Positions 18,487 to 28,273 of a stretch of DNA of 64,000 nucleotides are shown here, piece after piece; within the stretch, counting starts at the first letter, position 1; the number at the start of each line of letters is the position of its first letter. Below the pieces are notes generated by a model that saw only the letters and a list, made by a program, of their open reading frames with translations, had not been told where the DNA came from and ran no database searches. Made by a program: the position numbers and the translations under genes. The stretch comes from a virus (lineage: Duplodnaviria > Caudoviricetes). The stretch lies in the IMG/VR virus record IMGVR_UViG_2061766007_000959. One strand, given 5' to 3'.

Positions 18487-19128
18487 ATGATTGATTTTAT
18501 AAAGAACAAACTAACGTTGATTGCCGCGATAATATTCGCCGCGATGGTGCTTTGCATAGGCTATCTGTCAGTAAAGAACAAGCACCTGAAGTTCGACTAC
18601 GACCTCGCCCTGAACAACTACAAGGCGTACGAGCAAATGTACACAGCCAAACTCGATTCCGTCAACGGAAAGAACTACGAGTTGAAAATGACGAAGGAAA
18701 TGCTCGAACGCAGTCAGGACACGATTATCAGAGACCTGAACGAACTGAGGAAAAACCTCAAAATAAAGGACAAGCAACTCAAACAGTTGCAGTATCTGTC
18801 AACAGTCACCAAGATACACGATTCGGTATATTTCACGGACACCCTGTTCCGTCACGACATAAACCTCGACACCGTCATTTCCGACGATTGGCACACGCTC
18901 AACATACGCCTGTCGTACCCGTCAACGATAAAGGTTGACAGCAGGTTCAGGAACGAACTGTCAGTGATAGTGTCAACAGAGAAACAGACAATAAACCCAC
19001 CGTCAAAGATATTTTTCATTCGTTGGTTTCAGAAAAAACAGGAACTCGTCAAGATTGACGTTATTGACAAGAACCCGTACGCTGAGGTCACGGAACAAAG
19101 ATTCGTTGAGGTGGTTAAAGAGAAATGA
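18487..19128 (+). CDS. spanin-like lysis protein (N-terminal TM plus coiled coil)
   Basis: Single N-terminal TM and coiled coil, FF.RWFQKK motif, directly upstream of holin and endolysin. Confidence 0.55.
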   Translation: MIDFIKNKLTLIAAIIFAAMVLCIGYLSVKNKHLKFDYDLALNNYKAYEQMYTAKLDSVNGKNYELKMTKEMLERSQDTIIRDLNELRKNLKIKDKQLKQLQYLSTVTKIHDSVYFTDTLFRHDINLDTVISDDWHTLNIRLSYPSTIKVDSRFRNELSVIVSTEKQTINPPSKIFFIRWFQKKQELVKIDVIDKNPYAEVTEQRFVEVVKEK

Positions 19129-19679
19129 CTATGCACGGTAACGCGGTATATGATTGGATAATGAAAGCTGTGTTCGGCTTGATTGGCGCGTTCATAGCTT
19201 GGGTCGAGCCGATGCAGGAGGTTATGTACGTCGTGTTCGCCGCGATGGTTGTTGACACGATTACAGCCTACCAACTGAACAGGCGCGTCGCCCAAAAGTA
19301 CAAGGGTATGTCTCACGGCAAGTTACAGTCGAAACGGTTGCTCAACCTGTTCAGGACGCTGATTTCCGTCCTGACCGTCATATTGCTGTCGTACGCTATC
19401 GACACGTACTGTTTCCCGATATTGGACTTGAACCTCGCGTACATAATCGCGTTCGCGTTCTGTATGATACAACTCGTTTCCGTGTTGGAGAACATATCAA
19501 GTTGCAACAACGCGAAATGGGCTAAACTGTTACAAAAGATTCTGATTGACAAGACGTCCCGACACCTCGACTACAATGTCGGCGACTATATCAAGGAAAT
19601 AGCCGAGGAAAAGGCGAGCGAAATAAAGAACAGCAAGAAGACAACAACTAAAAAAACAAACAAGAATGGACAGAAATAA
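19125..19679 (+). CDS. holin
   Basis: 3-4 TM helices, D.ITA and SVLEN motifs, basic tail, overlaps the endolysin start. Confidence 0.8.
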   Translation: MTMHGNAVYDWIMKAVFGLIGAFIAWVEPMQEVMYVVFAAMVVDTITAYQLNRRVAQKYKGMSHGKLQSKRLLNLFRTLISVLTVILLSYAIDTYCFPILDLNLAYIIAFAFCMIQLVSVLENISSCNNAKWAKLLQKILIDKTSRHLDYNVGDYIKEIAEEKASEIKNSKKTTTKKTNKNGQK

Positions 19680-21174
19680 GGTTATATCGGAAATCAGAAA
19701 GTATTTCAAAATACAGGAATTTGTTGACGAACCTACATTTAAAAAGTGGGGCGACAACGCTTGGAATTTCCTCGACACGGAACTGTTAGAGACGGTACTT
19801 GTCCTGCGTCGGGACATTTTGAAAGTGCCTATGGTTATCAACGATTGGTGTTTCGGCGGCAAGAATCAGAACAGAGGCTTGCGTAGCAACCTCAGCTACT
19901 TGGTGAAAGAAAAGACTGACAAGGGTGTTTTGTATTTGTCACAGCATTGTTTTGATGACAAGACTTTAATTTTGACGGATAGGGGTTGGTTGGGTATAAA
20001 TGATATTTTAGAAAAAGATAAAGTTTTTTCTTATAATATAGAAAATGAGGTAATAGAATTAAAACCTATTGATTCTATAATTAAACAAGAATATCAAGGC
20101 AAAATGGTTAAAATAAAGAATATGAATGCGGATATTCTTGTTACAGATGAACACAGAATGATTGTTAGATGTAACAATAAAAAATATAAAAGAAAAACAA
20201 ACAAAACCCTTACAGAAAAGGGTAAAAGTTATTTTGATTCATTAAAAACAAATAATGATATTTGGCATATTGAATTAGCAAAAGATATTGTGGGAAAAAG
20301 ACGAGATTTGCTGTGTGCCGCTAATGTCCAAAAATATAAAGAATGTGACTTGAAAATTTGGAAATTAGCATTTGCTACGATAGCAGATGGGTATTTTCAA
20401 TATAAAAATAATTCAATATCAATAGGGTTTAGATTTAAAAAACAAAGAAAATGTGAGCAACTTGAAAAACTATTAAATGAAATAGGTAGTCCAATAACAA
20501 AAACATTAGACAAAAATAATGTTTGGAATTATTATATAAGAAAAGAATATGCAGAAAAAATACACGCCATTATAGGTGAAAATAAAGATATTCCCGTTGA
20601 TGTTTTATTATTAGGTGGTGATACATTAAAAGAACTTGTTTATTATTATGCACAATATGATGGTTGTTTCTCTAAAAGAAAAAATGATAAACATTTCTCA
20701 ATATCATCGTCAAAGAAAAATAATGCTGATATGTTACAAACAATGTGTGCGTTAAGCGGAATGAGAAGTCAAATAAACACAATAGAACCACACGTTTACA
20801 ATATCAAAGATAAAACAGGAAATGCAAAACAATCTTACAATATAACAGTTAATCCCCAAATCAATAAAACGAGAATAAACGAGGATAAAACATCTATTAT
20901 TGACTACAAGGGTAATGTTTGGTGTGTAAATAATAGTAATACAACACTTATAACAAAAAGAAATGGTTTGATTTCTATTCAAGGAAACTGTTTCGGCAAG
21001 GCTGTTGACATTGTGTCGTCCAAAATGACAGCGGAACAAATGAGAAAACTGATATACGCGAACCAAGCGAAGTTACCGCACCCCGTGAGGGTCGAATCAG
21101 ACGTCACTTGGTTGCACATAGACACTATGGTTATGCTCAACCAACGTGTCAAGGTTTACGAATTTAAAGGCTAA
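19666..21174 (+). CDS. peptidase M15 endolysin precursor containing an intein
   Basis: Splicing restores SQH-CFGKAVD (SxHxxGxAxD) and the C-terminal WLHID motif; 155 aa after splicing. Confidence 0.9.
   Translation: MDRNKVISEIRKYFKIQEFVDEPTFKKWGDNAWNFLDTELLETVLVLRRDILKVPMVINDWCFGGKNQNRGLRSNLSYLVKEKTDKGVLYLSQHCFDDKTLILTDRGWLGINDILEKDKVFSYNIENEVIELKPIDSIIKQEYQGKMVKIKNMNADILVTDEHRMIVRCNNKKYKRKTNKTLTEKGKSYFDSLKTNNDIWHIELAKDIVGKRRDLLCAANVQKYKECDLKIWKLAFATIADGYFQYKNNSISIGFRFKKQRKCEQLEKLLNEIGSPITKTLDKNNVWNYYIRKEYAEKIHAIIGENKDIPVDVLLLGGDTLKELVYYYAQYDGCFSKRKNDKHFSISSSKKNNADMLQTMCALSGMRSQINTIEPHVYNIKDKTGNAKQSYNITVNPQINKTRINEDKTSIIDYKGNVWCVNNSNTTLITKRNGLISIQGNCFGKAVDIVSSKMTAEQMRKLIYANQAKLPHPVRVESDVTWLHIDTMVMLNQRVKVYEFKG
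19948..20988 (+). mobile_element. intein (347 aa) with LAGLIDADG homing endonuclease
   Basis: Starts CFDDKTLILTDRGW; block B VTDEHRM; ATIADG and AQYDG LAGLIDADG-like motifs; VWCV; ends QGN before Cys+1; strongly AT-rich compared with the flanks. Confidence 0.92.
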
Positions 21175-21178
21175 CGTT

Positions 21179-21544
21179 ATGATACTATCAAAGGACAGTG
21201 ATTTGGAATTACAGGTTCAGCCCATAGACTTTGAGGGTATGCTGATTGACGTTACGCGCAATTGGCTGACGGTCGAGGTTAAGGTCGGCAGGACGCTGTT
21301 TACGGCGGAATCAGAGAAACCGAACGAGGAAGACCCTGAATCACCCATATTCGAGAATTGCTATATCGACGACCATAACCTTATATGCGTCATTCCGTCA
21401 GGAACGTTGGATTTCGGTACGGTGTATATCCGTTGCTGTGTACACGAACCCAACGAGCATTTCGCCGACGGTTACAAGGACGTTTGGACGGCGTGGCAAC
21501 CGATAGACCTTGCTATAACAACTGAAAAAGGTATAAATCAATGA
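21179..21544 (+). CDS. putative structural protein (BppU N-terminal-like adaptor)
   Basis: Beta-rich 121 aa heading the fibre cluster. Confidence 0.45.
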   Translation: MILSKDSDLELQVQPIDFEGMLIDVTRNWLTVEVKVGRTLFTAESEKPNEEDPESPIFENCYIDDHNLICVIPSGTLDFGTVYIRCCVHEPNEHFADGYKDVWTAWQPIDLAITTEKGINQ

Positions 21545-22584
21545 GTTACGTCAACGACAACGAGAAAACTATAACACCGCGCCTGAAAGTCAAGGTGCTG
21601 AGTACGAACAACCGTTTGGGTGTTCTCGTTCCCATGCCTAACGCTAAGACGGCGGCTGTGCTGTATGTCGAGCAGGACTTGAACAAGGACGAGCAGTCGG
21701 TCGCCCGTAACAATATCGGTATCACCGACGAAATGTACGCCGCGATGTCGGGTGAGATAGTGAACGAGGATTTTCAGGTTATGGGCGTGAACGTCGGCAG
21801 TTTCAACGACGGACATTGGGTTCGGGCGAAAAAGCCTGACGGTACGCCGCACACGACTTGGGAAGTGCTTAGGGAAATGCTGACAAAGGTTATAGACGTA
21901 ATCGCCAACAAACCGACAACCGTCCTGAACTCGACGTCGTCCGTGACTAAATTGGAATTGGGTTCGACCCTGACGCAGACGCTTTCGGTCACATACACGG
22001 ACGGTTATTTCAGCGGACAGAGCGGTTACACGTACAGTCAGGACGCAGGCTGTGAGCGCGGCACGACTATATACAAGCGCGGCAACGAAATAATAACAGC
22101 TACTGACACGTACACGTTCACCTCGACAGGAAACGTCGTGTTCAAGGCGGAAACCGATTATGAGGCGTCAACGGTCATTCCTGTCAAGAATGACGGAACG
22201 GAATCAGAGGTTCGCATAAACGAGGGTACGGCGACGGCGACGCGCACGATAAACGTTGACAAGAAACTGTTTTACGGCAACGTGTCGAGCAAGATTACGG
22301 ACAACGCGTCAGTCAGGGCGTTGAACAATTGGGAATGGAGCAGGGGTATGACAGTCACGCTGTCGAACGTTGGTAGCGGTTTCGTGCTTGTTATGCCGAG
22401 CGGACGCGTCCTGAAGACGGCTGTCACGGGCAACAACCAATACTTAAAGAACGACACTCTGAACGAGTTTGAGGAATACAAGATAACGATGTCGTACGCC
22501 AACGAATCGACGGAACAGTACAACGCGTTCCTGTTCGTGCCTGCGACACCGATGGACACTAACGTAACAATAACGATACAGTAA
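21541..22584 (+). CDS. tail fibre/appendage protein
   Basis: EQ..ARNNIG fibre motif; VG.....G...EVLREML module; Thr-rich. Confidence 0.65.
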   Translation: MSYVNDNEKTITPRLKVKVLSTNNRLGVLVPMPNAKTAAVLYVEQDLNKDEQSVARNNIGITDEMYAAMSGEIVNEDFQVMGVNVGSFNDGHWVRAKKPDGTPHTTWEVLREMLTKVIDVIANKPTTVLNSTSSVTKLELGSTLTQTLSVTYTDGYFSGQSGYTYSQDAGCERGTTIYKRGNEIITATDTYTFTSTGNVVFKAETDYEASTVIPVKNDGTESEVRINEGTATATRTINVDKKLFYGNVSSKITDNASVRALNNWEWSRGMTVTLSNVGSGFVLVMPSGRVLKTAVTGNNQYLKNDTLNEFEEYKITMSYANESTEQYNAFLFVPATPMDTNVTITIQ

Positions 22585-24368
22585 TGGCGAACAGTTTTGA
22601 TTTATCGGTAAACGTCAGGAACGCCAACCCGTCGGCGAACATAGATTTCTATTACGGCACGTACGAATCGAAAGAGGCGGCGTGCGCGGCTGTGCCGTCG
22701 GCTGTCCGTATGATAGGCAAGACGGTCGGAATAATCGAGAACGGCTCGGTTGTCGAGTATTGGTGGAAGTCAGGTATAGCCGACGAGGACTTGGTGCTGA
22801 AATTAGGGTACAGCGAGGTCATAGACGGTTACACGGGCGAGTTCACGCATCTTGGCGAAACCGATTTCGTCAAGATTCCGAAAGACGTTCACCAAATGGG
22901 CGATTACCCCGTCGTTCAGTGCTACCTGAACGGACGCGCCGTCCTGTGCAACGTTGACAACGACCTCGGCGACCTGACCGTGTCGTGGGGTTCTGTCGGA
23001 CAGATAACCGACAACGACGTCCTGACCGTGTATATCGGTGAATCAGAGCGCAGATTCGTGTACGAGACGGGCTTGGTGAACGAGTTTACCGTGCCTAAGT
23101 CCTTTCACGAGTGCGGTGACAACCCGTTCGTTCAGTGTTGGCTCGACGGGAAACTGACCCTGTTCGGGTTGGAGAACGAGGGCGGCGATATAACGGTATC
23201 GTGGGACGAGGACATAACGATACAGGACGAACTCTACGTGACGTTCAGTTCCGACGTCTATGTCGGCACTTTCACCAATCCTGAGGTCGGGGGCAGTTAC
23301 ACGATACCCAAGGCTACGCACGGGCGCGAGAAACCTATCGTCGAGTGTTGGCTTGACGGCAAACTCGCGCTGTTCGACATTCAGAACAGCAACGGCGACC
23401 TGACCGTGACTTGGATGCCCGATAATGGCGTCAGTGCGTTGTCGCCGCTTGTCGTCCTTGTGACAGAGCAGAAAGCCAAGTCGGTGTCGCACGACATAAA
23501 GGACTTGGTTGTCATAGGCGAGAGACGGGCAGGTGACGGCGGAATAACCCCGACGGTTGACGTCGGCGGAATCAGCAAGGGCGTGTTCATAGAAAAGGAC
23601 AGGCTGTTGAACAAGTTACTGCGTGATATGCTGACACCGACACAGTACCCGACGATAACACAGCCTGCGGCTACAATCGAGACGTCGGCGACGGACGCTC
23701 AGAGGCTGTTGAAGGTCGGAAGTTCGATTCAGACCTCGATTTGGACAAACTACTCACAGGGTGACATAACGCTCGACGGCACTGTTCAGGGACACACGGC
23801 AGGGTCGGCGACAAAATACGTGTTCACGGACGGCGTGACCGAGACGGACAACGGTACGGACAATTCTATAACCCCCGTGATACAGAGGGACGCAGAGTGC
23901 ATTGTGACATACACGGGCGAGGTGACGTTCGAGGACGGAGACCAACCTTATGACAATGAGGGTCACAAATACGGTGACAGATTGTCAGGCGCGACGATAA
24001 ACACGTCGAACGGGGTGTCGTTCGAGTTTGTTTACCCGATTTACGCAAACACGAATATCGAACACCTGAGCGACACATACGAACAGCCGCTTGTCAGCAA
24101 GTCAAGGGGGTATGTCGAAATCACATTCCCGTTACAGCACGGCGGAACGGTTGACCGTTACACGTTTGAAATTCCGTCGTCGATGAATGTTACGGAAATC
24201 AAATATTTTAATACATTTGCAATACGGTACGAACCCGAAAACCGATTGAACGATTTTAAAGTTGTAAACACGGATAAAAACGGCGTACCATATAAACGTT
24301 ACACATACAAGAACAATACGTATATGGAACAAAACACATTCAAAATAATTTGGGAAAACAACATTTAA
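22584..24368 (+). CDS. mosaic fibre/appendage protein with three internal repeats
   Basis: N-terminal YYG...EYWWK module; 3x P.V[QE]C[WY]L.G...GD.TV.W; VGGI module. Confidence 0.65.
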   Translation: MANSFDLSVNVRNANPSANIDFYYGTYESKEAACAAVPSAVRMIGKTVGIIENGSVVEYWWKSGIADEDLVLKLGYSEVIDGYTGEFTHLGETDFVKIPKDVHQMGDYPVVQCYLNGRAVLCNVDNDLGDLTVSWGSVGQITDNDVLTVYIGESERRFVYETGLVNEFTVPKSFHECGDNPFVQCWLDGKLTLFGLENEGGDITVSWDEDITIQDELYVTFSSDVYVGTFTNPEVGGSYTIPKATHGREKPIVECWLDGKLALFDIQNSNGDLTVTWMPDNGVSALSPLVVLVTEQKAKSVSHDIKDLVVIGERRAGDGGITPTVDVGGISKGVFIEKDRLLNKLLRDMLTPTQYPTITQPAATIETSATDAQRLLKVGSSIQTSIWTNYSQGDITLDGTVQGHTAGSATKYVFTDGVTETDNGTDNSITPVIQRDAECIVTYTGEVTFEDGDQPYDNEGHKYGDRLSGATINTSNGVSFEFVYPIYANTNIEHLSDTYEQPLVSKSRGYVEITFPLQHGGTVDRYTFEIPSSMNVTEIKYFNTFAIRYEPENRLNDFKVVNTDKNGVPYKRYTYKNNTYMEQNTFKIIWENNI

Positions 24369-24380
24369 AACACATAAATT

Positions 24381-26363
24381 ATGTCGGCAGAAGATAGGAA
24401 ATACACAGTCGGTGCGGTTACGTTCAACAATATGTTTCAGGTTGGTATGGGCGCACCAATTGACAACCGAACCGTCGTTAGACGCAAGGCGCATTTGGTA
24501 AGCGGTATCGGCGAAAACAAATATTACGGTTTGACCGTTTACGTGACGGGCGAATATGATTCGGAATTGGACGACGATTTCCCTGCACCGCAAACGGACG
24601 AAAACGGTATCGTCGAATCGGAAGTCGGTTTTTATTATTACAAAGGCGACGTTGACGGCGAGAACAAAGCCGCAAGTTGGGTTAAAATGTTGACAATCGC
24701 CGACGGCGGTTCGGGCGGTTCGGGCGGCACAACCATTCCCGTTGACGTTCTACCCGTTGACGAGCCGAACGGTGTCGCGCCGTTGGACGAGAACGGTCTT
24801 GTCCCGTCGGGAAACCTGCCGTCGTATGTTGACGACGTGATTGAGGGTTACGGTCGAATGGAAGGCACAGACCCGAACAAATACATTGTGTTTTACAAAA
24901 AACAGGTCATCGACGGTTATTTGTACAACGGGGCGTTTTATTCGGATTCCGCGCACACGACCGAAATAACCCCGTCCGCCGAAAAATATTATTATGACAA
25001 AACGGGTTCGGCGTTGTATTATTACGATTTTGAAAACACCGAATACGTAGCGTTCTACGAATACGAGGTCATCGACGGTTATTATTACAACGGGGCGTTT
25101 TATTCGGACGCGGAACACACGACCGAAATCACGCCTGCCGCGAACAAATATTACCGCAGTTTGGCAAATTCCCTCGTGTATTATTACGATACGGAAAACG
25201 CCGAATACAAATTGGTTGCGGACGAGGACGCGCCGTTTATCGTCGGCGGAAAATCGAAAATATACGTTGACCTTTTGACCGACAAAACATACCGTTGGGG
25301 CGGTTCGGTTTATACCGAAATATCGAATACACAGGTATCAAAGTCGTTCACAACGAACATCGCCGTCGGCGGTATCGCGACAGGTACGACAATCGATTCG
25401 ACGATGAGCCTTGAAGACGTTTTGAAAAAAATTCTTGTGAATGTTTACCAACCGTACAGAACGGCGGACGCAAGCGCGTCAATCGCGAAACAATCGGGTG
25501 ACGGTATGGTTATCGAAATCGGTAGCAAGTCGAAATCGTACACGTTCAAAACAACGGGCAAACGTGAATACGTCAAACGTAGCAACGGTACAACCGACGA
25601 AACATTGGGTTCATACGCAGGTGCGATTTCAAAACATTCGTTGTATCATTCGGGCAACAGTGACACCAAATTAAAGGACATAACAACAACCGACACCGAC
25701 AGAACGTTCACGGTTACTATCAGTTCAAACGGCGTGTTCCAAATCGACGAAACCGACATACAGGTCGGCGGTGTCAATTTGACAACCTCGTCGGAACAAA
25801 TCGTCAAATTCAAAGGCGGTGTCACATTCGACGGCGGCGAACATTACAACGATAGTTCGGGCGTGCCGTCATCGACCCTCGCGGCGTTCGTCGGACAGGA
25901 GAAAAAATCGGGTACACAGAACGTTGAGGTCGTTTGCCCCGTTTACGCCAATACGAACAGCGCGGCGTTAAGCACAACCGTTTCACAAGGCGCGAAGTCG
26001 AAATCGGTGTTAAGCAGTACGACCGATTTTTCGACAAAGACACCCGAACAATCAACGAATATCGGTTTGAATATTTCGTTCCCGAGCCATTCAAGCGCGA
26101 CCCCGTACACATTCGAGATTCCGAACGGTTGGACGTTGCGGTCGGTATGGTGGTGGGACACAGGTTTCAACGTTTGGCGTTGTCATTACAACGGAACAAC
26201 GGTCAACGATTGGGCGTTGAAAGCGTACACGAACGGAAACAACGAAACCGTTTATTATCACGATAAAGAGGTGAACGGTGTTCACGTTGATTACAAGACA
26301 TATTATTACACGTCACCCGATAATATCGGCAACCGTATTTACAAAGTGCTTATATCGCAATAA
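24381..26363 (+). CDS. tail fibre protein
   Basis: GAPIDNR N-terminus; NGVAPLDENGLVPS..LPSYVDDVIE fibre motif; 2x Tyr-rich repeat; VGGI module. Confidence 0.75.
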   Translation: MSAEDRKYTVGAVTFNNMFQVGMGAPIDNRTVVRRKAHLVSGIGENKYYGLTVYVTGEYDSELDDDFPAPQTDENGIVESEVGFYYYKGDVDGENKAASWVKMLTIADGGSGGSGGTTIPVDVLPVDEPNGVAPLDENGLVPSGNLPSYVDDVIEGYGRMEGTDPNKYIVFYKKQVIDGYLYNGAFYSDSAHTTEITPSAEKYYYDKTGSALYYYDFENTEYVAFYEYEVIDGYYYNGAFYSDAEHTTEITPAANKYYRSLANSLVYYYDTENAEYKLVADEDAPFIVGGKSKIYVDLLTDKTYRWGGSVYTEISNTQVSKSFTTNIAVGGIATGTTIDSTMSLEDVLKKILVNVYQPYRTADASASIAKQSGDGMVIEIGSKSKSYTFKTTGKREYVKRSNGTTDETLGSYAGAISKHSLYHSGNSDTKLKDITTTDTDRTFTVTISSNGVFQIDETDIQVGGVNLTTSSEQIVKFKGGVTFDGGEHYNDSSGVPSSTLAAFVGQEKKSGTQNVEVVCPVYANTNSAALSTTVSQGAKSKSVLSSTTDFSTKTPEQSTNIGLNISFPSHSSATPYTFEIPNGWTLRSVWWWDTGFNVWRCHYNGTTVNDWALKAYTNGNNETVYYHDKEVNGVHVDYKTYYYTSPDNIGNRIYKVLISQ

Positions 26364-26632
26364 TGGGCAAGGAATACACAGTCGGCGCGGTCAATTTCCC
26401 GAATATGTTTAATGTCGATATGGGTGCGCCCCTCGACAACAGGGACGTTGTGCATACATACGCCGACCTTGAAACCGCAATAGGCGAAAGCAAATATGTC
26501 GGTGAGTTGGTTTATGTGACGACCGATTCGACGGTGAATAACGTGACGTACCCGAAAGGCTATTACACGTACAACGGGACGGCGTGGGTTCAATTCAAAT
26601 CGGCTGTTCCGCAAGTGTTGAGGTTCGTATGA
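26363..26632 (+). CDS. stand-alone copy of the fibre N-terminal module
   Basis: YTVGAV.F.NMF.V.MGAP.DNR shared with the ORF at 24381. Confidence 0.7.
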   Translation: MGKEYTVGAVNFPNMFNVDMGAPLDNRDVVHTYADLETAIGESKYVGELVYVTTDSTVNNVTYPKGYYTYNGTAWVQFKSAVPQVLRFV

Positions 26633-27321
26633 TACACAAGGGGGCGAATCGGTATAAGGTCGTGGTCGGGAACGGTGAATTTTCGTTACCGCCCGAATAC
26701 CAACGTGTTGAGTATATCGAGGGTACGGGTACACAATGGATTGACACGGGGTTGATATTAAAAGAAAGCACGGTTTTCGATGTTAGATTTTATGAAGTTA
26801 ATATTCCCGAAAACCCTGTCCCGACAAACAGAACACATATTATGGGATTACACGATTCGCCGATTAGATACAGAATACGACGGATTGAATCTGATAATTT
26901 TTATTTTTTATACGGCAATTCCACGTCATTTTATTGGAGTCTTGGTCTTGGTGGAATGAAAAATAAATTACTTGATTTTCATTATTCTATCAATAAATTT
27001 ACACTTTCTGTTGTTGGGGGCAATACGTATGAAAAGATACCCGAATCGTCATACACTTTTGCACAATCAAACAAAACAATATCATTATTTTGGAATGAAA
27101 ATATTGGCGACCAATATTTTGAAGGTCGTTTTTATTTTTTCACCGCGAAAGAAAACGACACCCCCGTCCGTAATATGATTCCGTGTTACCGACATTCGGA
27201 CGGTGTGGCAGGAATGTACGATACGGTGAACGATGTGTTTTACACGAATCAAGGTACGGGGTCGTTCGTCGTCGGGAATAATGTTTACGGCGGAACATTC
27301 ACCGTACCGAAAACGGTTTGA
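26629..27321 (+). CDS. ConA/LamG-like carbohydrate-binding virion protein
   Basis: LP.EYQ.VEYIE.TGTQWIDTG ... PCYR.SDG..GMYD.V...FY.N.GTG.F. Confidence 0.65.
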   Translation: MIHKGANRYKVVVGNGEFSLPPEYQRVEYIEGTGTQWIDTGLILKESTVFDVRFYEVNIPENPVPTNRTHIMGLHDSPIRYRIRRIESDNFYFLYGNSTSFYWSLGLGGMKNKLLDFHYSINKFTLSVVGGNTYEKIPESSYTFAQSNKTISLFWNENIGDQYFEGRFYFFTAKENDTPVRNMIPCYRHSDGVAGMYDTVNDVFYTNQGTGSFVVGNNVYGGTFTVPKTV

Positions 27322-27372
27322 CCTATACGGAATTTTTATTTATTTTGCATATTATAAAAACACGAACCGACA

Positions 27373-28269
27373 ATGGGTGATTTAAAAAACGTAATATATA
27401 TCAGTCAGGCGGATTACGACACGCTGTACAGCACGGGTACGGTCACGATTGACGGTGTGACCCTGACATACGACGAGGACAATGTTTACCTTGTCCCCGA
27501 CGACAGTTCGGGCGGCGGCACGTTGGGTGAGGCTGTCGAGGCGGTAATCACCGTCGGCGGTATCACGTCGGGAACAACCCTGTCCGCCGACACGACGTTT
27601 CACGATTTTGTTGATAAGTTGTTGAATCCGTTTCAAAACCCGACAATCACGTTTTCGATTTCACCGTCGGGCAAACGCGAGGTCGGCAACCTTGTTTCGT
27701 CCGTCACCCTTACCGCCGTCGTCACGAAGAAAACGGCGGACATCGCGAACGTCAAGTTTTACACGGGTTCGACGTTGCTCGACACCGTTACAAGCGGCGT
27801 AGCGTCAGGCGGAACATTCACGTACACATACACGCCGCAAACCGCTATTTCGTCCGCGACATCGTTCAAGGCGACGACAACCGACGCGGCGACACCGACC
27901 GCGCATACGGTCGAAAGCAACACGGCGAGCATTTCGTTCGGCAATTACGTGTATATCCAACCGAAAACAACGTCAAACCAATCAGCACCGTCAACATCGT
28001 CGGATATTCATAACATAACGAAAAAGGAATGGTACGCGTCGTCGGTAAGCATAACATCGACGCAACTGCAATACGGTGTTTGGGTTTGTTGCCCGTCGGG
28101 TTACGTTCCGCACATAAAGACATCGACGAACGACAATTTGAATTTCACGTCAACAGACGTCACATACACGTATGACGATTCGACGACGGCGACATACAAA
28201 GTTTGGTATTCACCGTCGGCGGTGTCATCAACGGCGACATACGATAAAATAACATTCACAACGACATAA
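27373..28269 (+). CDS. Ser/Thr-rich fibre/appendage protein
   Basis: VGGI.SGT...L.PFQNP module; very Thr-rich. Confidence 0.65.
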   Translation: MGDLKNVIYISQADYDTLYSTGTVTIDGVTLTYDEDNVYLVPDDSSGGGTLGEAVEAVITVGGITSGTTLSADTTFHDFVDKLLNPFQNPTITFSISPSGKREVGNLVSSVTLTAVVTKKTADIANVKFYTGSTLLDTVTSGVASGGTFTYTYTPQTAISSATSFKATTTDAATPTAHTVESNTASISFGNYVYIQPKTTSNQSAPSTSSDIHNITKKEWYASSVSITSTQLQYGVWVCCPSGYVPHIKTSTNDNLNFTSTDVTYTYDDSTTATYKVWYSPSAVSSTATYDKITFTTT

Positions 28270-28273
28270 GGAT

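Noticed and set aside
18552-18938. Embedded o-spanin in the alternative frame of the spanin-like gene
   Set aside because: No signal peptide or lipobox Cys.
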